In this document: positions 47,193 through 52,177 of the stretch, piece after piece
Layout of the letters: every line of letters starts with the position of its first letter
Numbering within the stretch: the first letter of the stretch is position 1
Assembly: GCA_030167865.1 (NCBI GenBank)
Contig: JALAGF010005949.1
Coordinates: 1 to 52,177 of the forward strand
Direction of reading: 5' to 3'
DNA from: Craspedostauros australis
Lineage: Eukaryota
DNA length: 52,177 bases
Position numbers and translations under genes: made by a program
Notes under the pieces: model-generated
Told to the model about the DNA's origin: nothing
Database searches by the model: none
The model's input: only the letters and a program-made list of their open reading frames with translations

Positions 47193-47572
47193 GTGATGCT
47201 CACCAGCATCTCTTCACTCTCAGCCAGCAAGACCTCGTTGTCTTTGTCGGTCTGTTCTTTGGCGTCCATGACTGCTTGCGCTTCGATCTGAAATGCATCA
47301 GGGCGTGATCTGGCTTCCTGTACGGTAGAGGCAAGGTCGCTTCCATGGCAAGGATTGAATTGCTTGTGTGTGAGACTGTTTGATGCCTTCAATTTCCTTC
47401 TCCAGTTGCTCCTTTGCCACACATGCCACTTGCTCCACAGTGCGAATCGTGGAAATCTTCTTCTTGGCATCGTTGGTCGTCACCTCCTTTGCCTCGAGCA
47501 GCTCCACAATGTGTGCCTTGTCCTTGGTGGACTATGAATGGAGCTTAGCAACCGTCAGAGCATGTTGGCTTG

Positions 47573-48137
47573 TGTTGGAAGGCTCCGCGCACGGAGAATC
47601 GGTAGTAGTCACACTCTTTGTCAAAGTGTTTCTGTTACTGTTACTGTTGTTGCTATTGATTGTTGGTGANNNNNNNNNNNNNNNNNNNNNNNNNNNNNNN
47701 NNNNNNNNNNNNNNNNNNNNNNNNNNNNNNNNNNNNNNNNNNNNNNNNNNNNNNNNNNNNNNNNNNNNNNNNNNNNNNNNNNNNNNNNNNNNNNNNNNNN
47801 NNNNNNNNNNNNNNNNNNNNNNNNNNNNNNNNNNNNNNNNNNNNNNNNNNNNNNNNNNNNNCTGATGATTGATCGAATCTGATGGAATATTCACAACATA
47901 TTTCATTCCTGTAGACCTGGTAGTTAAGGTCTCGATGTGACGTCACATGTGATGGATACTGTGGTATCCGCTGGTATCGCGGTATCCTACTATCGTAGTA
48001 TCGCGGTATCCTCGTAGTATCGCGGTGGTATTCCTGTGACGTCATAGTTTTGAGTCGTGATTGCGCCACCAAATATTCTTGATGATGGCGCGCAAGTGTG
48101 ACTGATGCATACACATCCAAGTACACACATTCCGACA
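47573..48137 (-). repeat. 3' LTR of the copia element (~565 bp including an N gap)
   Basis: On the minus strand it starts TGTCGGAA right after the PPT and ends TTCCAACA (7/8 inverted terminal match, TG..CA). It contains short GTATCGCGGTATC repeats. Confidence 0.8.
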
Positions 48138-48156
48138 CCCTTCCTGTAGGCGTCAG

Positions 48157-51100
48157 TCATTCGCTGCTGTCGCCAGTGTGTAGGTAGGACTTCTCGTGCT
48201 CGCGCTGTNNNNNNNNNNNNNNNNNNNNNNNNNNNNNNNNNNNNNNNNNNNNNNNNNNNNNNNNNNNNNNNNNNNNNNNNNNNNNNNNNNNNNNNNNNNN
48301 NNNNNNNNNNNNNNNNNNNNNNNNNNNNNNNNNNNNNNNNNNNNNNNNNNNNNNNNNNNNNGCGATGAAGATCGCTCCAACGTTGTCGACTCTCACGGTG
48401 ATTGGAGTCTTCACTGGCACTCCCACACTCTCCAGGAGTTGCATCACAAAAAAGATCTCCTTCGCTGCTTCGGATAGCGCGATGTACTCTGCCTCTGATG
48501 AACTGAGGGTCACTGCCTTCTGCGCCTTGGATCGCNNNNNNNNNNNNNNNNNNNNNNNNNNNNNNNNNNNNNNNNNNNNNNNNNNTGAGGGTCACTGCCT
48601 TCTGCGCCTTGGATCGCCAGAGGATAGGGACTTGACAGAGGTAGAGAATGAATCCGCCAACACTGATGCAAGTGTTCTTGTCTCCGGTGTATTCGCTGTC
48701 GCAGAACATCTCCATGTTCCATGCGCTGCTGTCTGTCATGACAGGATGGATCTTCAGACCGTAGTGCTTCGTGTCGATGACGTATTTGATGATACGCCGC
48801 ATCTCCTTGGTTGCAGCCTTGGTCGGTCCATCGAGTACCTTCGTCAGCTCTCTGACAGGGTTGGCGATGTCGGGACGCGAATGCTTGATTAGGAAAAGAA
48901 GCATTCCCACTCGCTTGCGATAGTCAGCATGCTCTGCTGCATCTACCTTCTGCAATCCGTTCTCTTTGGATGGGCGAACGATGCTCTGGCTTGGCGTCCC
49001 TGGCGTCGCGTAGCGCTGCATCTTCTCCACCTCTGCACCAAACTCGGTGATCAGGTTTCGGATCAGATGTGGCTGGCGTAGGACGGCTCCCGTTTTGTCT
49101 GCGTTGAGCTGGATGTTGCAGCTGAGGTAGTCACCCAATCCCTTCTCGATGGTGACCTTGAACTTGCTCTTCTGGATGTCGATCATGAATTGCTCGAGTG
49201 CCTTCTGATGACCACAGCAGAAGCAGTCGTCAACGTAGATCGCCACAATGACTGTTCCGTTCTTCGTCTTGCGATGGAAGAGACACGGATCTGCCGCGCT
49301 CTGGTCGAATCGCATTCCCTTCAGTGTTGACACCAGCATCTTGAACCATTGGCGTGCGCTCTGGACCAGCCCGTAGATTGGCTTGTGTAGCAGCAGCGCT
49401 TCATCCGGTGTGCTGTCCATTCCACGTGGACAATTCATGTACACCTCTTCTTCGAGATCGCCGTACAAGAATGCCGTGACGACGTCCACGAGTGCGCAGT
49501 CCATCTTCTGCAGCATCATGATCACCATCATCACACGGTACGTGACGTTGTGGATGACCGGCGAGTGGTGCTCTTGGTAGTCCACTCCTGCGATCTGCGA
49601 GTAGCCACACGCCACCAGACGCGCTCGATAGGTNNNNNNNNNNNNNNNNNNNNNNNNNNNNNNNNNNNNNNNNNNNNNNNNNNACGCGCTCGATAGGTTC
49701 CATTGCGCTTTAATTTAAACACCCATTTGCACTTGCAGCATCTGCGGTCCCTTGGAATCGATGAGCGGTTGATCTTGCTGTAGACGGATCGAGCATCCAT
49801 CGAACTGAACTCCTTTGCGATGGCAGCTCTGTAGCCCTTCCGGTGTGTTGCATTCGGATGGTTGAATGCTTGGTCGAAGGTTGATGGCTCGATGTGCGTC
49901 GATGTCTCTCCTGTCTCATCTTGGGTGGTTGCGCAGATCTCTATCTCGAAGTCGTCGGTGCTGATTTCGTTGTTCCCGAATAGAGCATCGGTAACTGCGT
50001 TGGTGATGTCTGATGGAGGAGAGTCGCTGTCTTCGTCGTTCGTAGCTTCGTCGTTCTCCTCATTCTCGTCGGTGGTGTCGTCATTTGTTTCATCGTCGTC
50101 GTTGGTCTCCTCGCTGCTGTCATGATCGTGGTCTGTGTCGCTCTTATCGTCGTCGGTGTTGCTTCCCCTATTGAAGACGGATAGGTTGGTAGTGAACCGC
50201 TTGCCTTCATGCTTCTCTTTCTTTCCTGGCTTGTTGTAGTTCGCAAGGTTGCGCAATTCGCCCTTTCCTTTCACGTTGGACGGCAGCGATGCACGCAACT
50301 TCGCATCTGTTTTTGCTTGATGCTTGCTTCGCTCGATGTATCGCTGTTGTCGTTCGCTGCGAGTGGTATCGCGCTTGCTTGGTCGTCTTGGGGGAACAGC
50401 AGTCATGGTGCGACTAGCTTTCGGATCGTCGTTCGCTTCGTGCGAACGCTTGCGTGATGTTGGCGGAGTGCGGAGGATGCTTGGCGGGACACTCGGTGGG
50501 GTGACATCTTCAATGTCGGTCACTGTGTTGTCGTCGACGGGAATCGCGTCAACCTCTTCTTCGGACGCAGTCCCTTCGTCCACTGGTGTGGTCGCCGTCT
50601 CGCTCGCGAGACCTGGTGAGTTCTNCTTCGCACTCGTGTTGTTGTTGGTGTCGTCATCGTCCTCGTCGTCGTCATCTGAGAGGACGTGGTAAGAATTCGC
50701 GTCAGCGAATGACACAGAGCTTCGCTTCGGCTTGGTTCGAGCTGTGTGGGACGGCGCTGTCCCTTCCCTTCCGACCAGGATGAATCCATCATCATCAGTC
50801 TCCGTTGGGTGCTCGGCGTCGGTTGCGACGATCTGACTCCCTTCCGGCTTCCCATCGTCCGTGCCATAGGTCCAACCCTTGAAGTGCCCGTACGATCTGT
50901 TGAGCCTCTTCACGTCTCTGGTGCAGACAATGGACTTGGTGGATGGGCGGTACATGTTGTAGACGCCGGATCCATGCTGTGGAGCATACCCGACGAACAA
51001 CATCGCCTCGCCTCTGTTCTGGAGTTTCGCCGTCATGCCTCCATAGGCCGTCTTGACGACTCCGACTTCACCAAAGGTGCGAAGTCCGCTCGCGTACTTC

Positions 51101-52177
51101 GGATCCTCTCCGAAGAATAGATGGTGTGGCAACTTGGTCTGTCCCTTCGCCACAGTGATGTTGGCGACCGCGGTCGCGACGTTGGCTGCTGCAGCCCATA
51201 GACCATGTCTGTACTCCTCGTTGAGCTGGGCGCCATTCAGCATGGATCGCATCTTCGTGTACAAGTATGCGAACTTGCGCTCGACTCTGCCGTTCTGTTG
51301 TGGCGTGTTGGATGCCGTGTATTCGAATGAGATGTCGAATCCGGCTTCGAGCAGGTGGGCCTCCGATACCTTGTTCTCTCCGCTGTTGTCTCCGCGAAAG
51401 ATGATTGGTTGGCCGTCGGTGTGCGGACGGATCTTCTGAAGGAATCGTTTCAGGAAGGCCGGTTGGTTGCTCTTGTTGGTGAGGAAGATGCTCCAGCAGT
51501 AATCTGTGTGGTCGTCTACGATCAACACCCAGTACCGCTTGTTTCCGAAGCTNNNNNNNNNNNNNNNNNNNNNNNNNNNNNNNNNNNNNNNNNNNNNNNN
51601 NNGCATCTTCGTGTACAAGTATGCGAACTTGCGCTCGACTCTGCCGTTCTGTTGTGGCGTGTTGGATGCCGTGTATTCGAATGAGATGTCGAATCCGGCT
51701 TCGAGCAGGTGGGCCTCCGATACCTTGTTCTCTCCGCTGTTGTCTCCGCGAAAGATGATTGGTTNNNNNNNNNNNNNNNNNNNNNNNNNNNNNNNNNNNN
51801 NNNNNNNNNNNNNNNNNNNNNNNNNCTTGTTGGTGAGGAAGATGCTCCAGCAGTAATCTGTGTGGTCGTCTACGATCAACACCCAGTACCGCTTGTTTCC
51901 GAAGCTCGTGTGCTTTGTGTAGCTGATGTCGATGAAGAATCGCTCACATCGTCGCGATGCTCTTGCGATGGTCGCCTTCGGGACGTTCTTCACTCGTGCG
52001 TTGGCAATGGCACAGTGCTTGCATGGTGGCATGGTGCCGACGATGTTCCATCCGTGATGTGATGCAGTTCGTTGCATTGCCTCAAGTGGGGCATGTCCCA
52101 ACATGCGATGGAGTGTGGACGCGTTGATGCCCTTCGGTGGATCCGATGTGACGGCCGCAGCCGTGATGTCTGTGCGT
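48157..52177 (-). CDS. Copia Pol polyprotein fragment (integrase, reverse transcriptase, RNase H), interrupted by N gaps
   Basis: HHCC (LHRMLGH..CKHC) and DDE (FIDIS, RGDNSGE, NGRVERK), MLFVGY. RT motifs CKWVFKLK, YRARLVACGYSQ, DVVTAFLYG, IYGLVQSARQW, IYVDD. RNase H motifs FCDS, TLSSSEAEY, VDNVGAIF. Confidence 0.93.

Larger units (their letters stand above)
45688..47572 (-). pseudogene. Decayed coiled-coil protein gene (several frameshifted fragments), bounded by the copia LTR
   Basis: Successive short minus-strand ORFs with heptad E/Q/L/K-rich sequence (ELLEAKEVTTNDAKKK, AKEQLEKEIEGIK, DEEVEALCQ, LQNRVGFLERSLADQQ, MEQQLREFEEEIGKK) in different frames with stops. Confidence 0.6.
47573..52177 (-). 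mobile_element. Ty1/copia LTR retrotransposon (CoDi-like), 3' portion; continues beyond the window end
   Basis: Domain order integrase-RT-RNaseH, then polypurine tract AGGAAGGG, then an LTR starting TGTCGGAA. Confidence 0.95.

Noticed and set aside
47960..48035. Short repeats that could be mistaken for a CRISPR array
   Set aside because: The units are short and adjacent with no unique spacers, there are no cas genes, and the context is a eukaryotic LTR.
51249..51910. Apparent tandem duplication of the integrase core
   Set aside because: The copies are identical and bounded by N gaps, typical of a scaffolding/overlap artefact rather than a biological duplication.

Overview
Eukaryotic, intron-containing genomic scaffold, most likely from a diatom. 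Evidence: bipartite signal peptide plus 'AF' plastid-targeting motifs, DUF6824-type proteins, GTACGT/GTAAGT/GTGAGT splice donors and a Ty1/copia element. About 13 protein-coding genes are supported: three divergent paralogues fusing a CRAL-TRIO (Sec14-like) lipid-binding domain to a C-terminal DUF6824-type basic domain (3.4-14.2 kb), a plastid TPR-like protein, a bZIP factor, a multi-pass membrane protein, a putative thylakoid-lumen Lys/Ala coiled-coil protein, a plastid LPAAT-like acyltransferase, mitochondrial Hsp90 (TRAP1), a COPI-associated/EF-hand membrane protein, a sulfotransferase-like protein, an acid-sphingomyelinase-like phosphodiesterase, a WCPPC thioredoxin and a second metallophosphoesterase. 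The right end holds a decayed coiled-coil pseudogene abutted by the 3' LTR of a Ty1/copia retrotransposon (IN-RT-RH, minus strand, 5' part outside the window, with gap-flanking assembly duplications). The best candidate for an undescribed system is the CRAL-TRIO + DUF6824 cluster, which may act as lipid-ligand-sensing nuclear regulators. All family assignments come from motif recognition only; no database searches were run.
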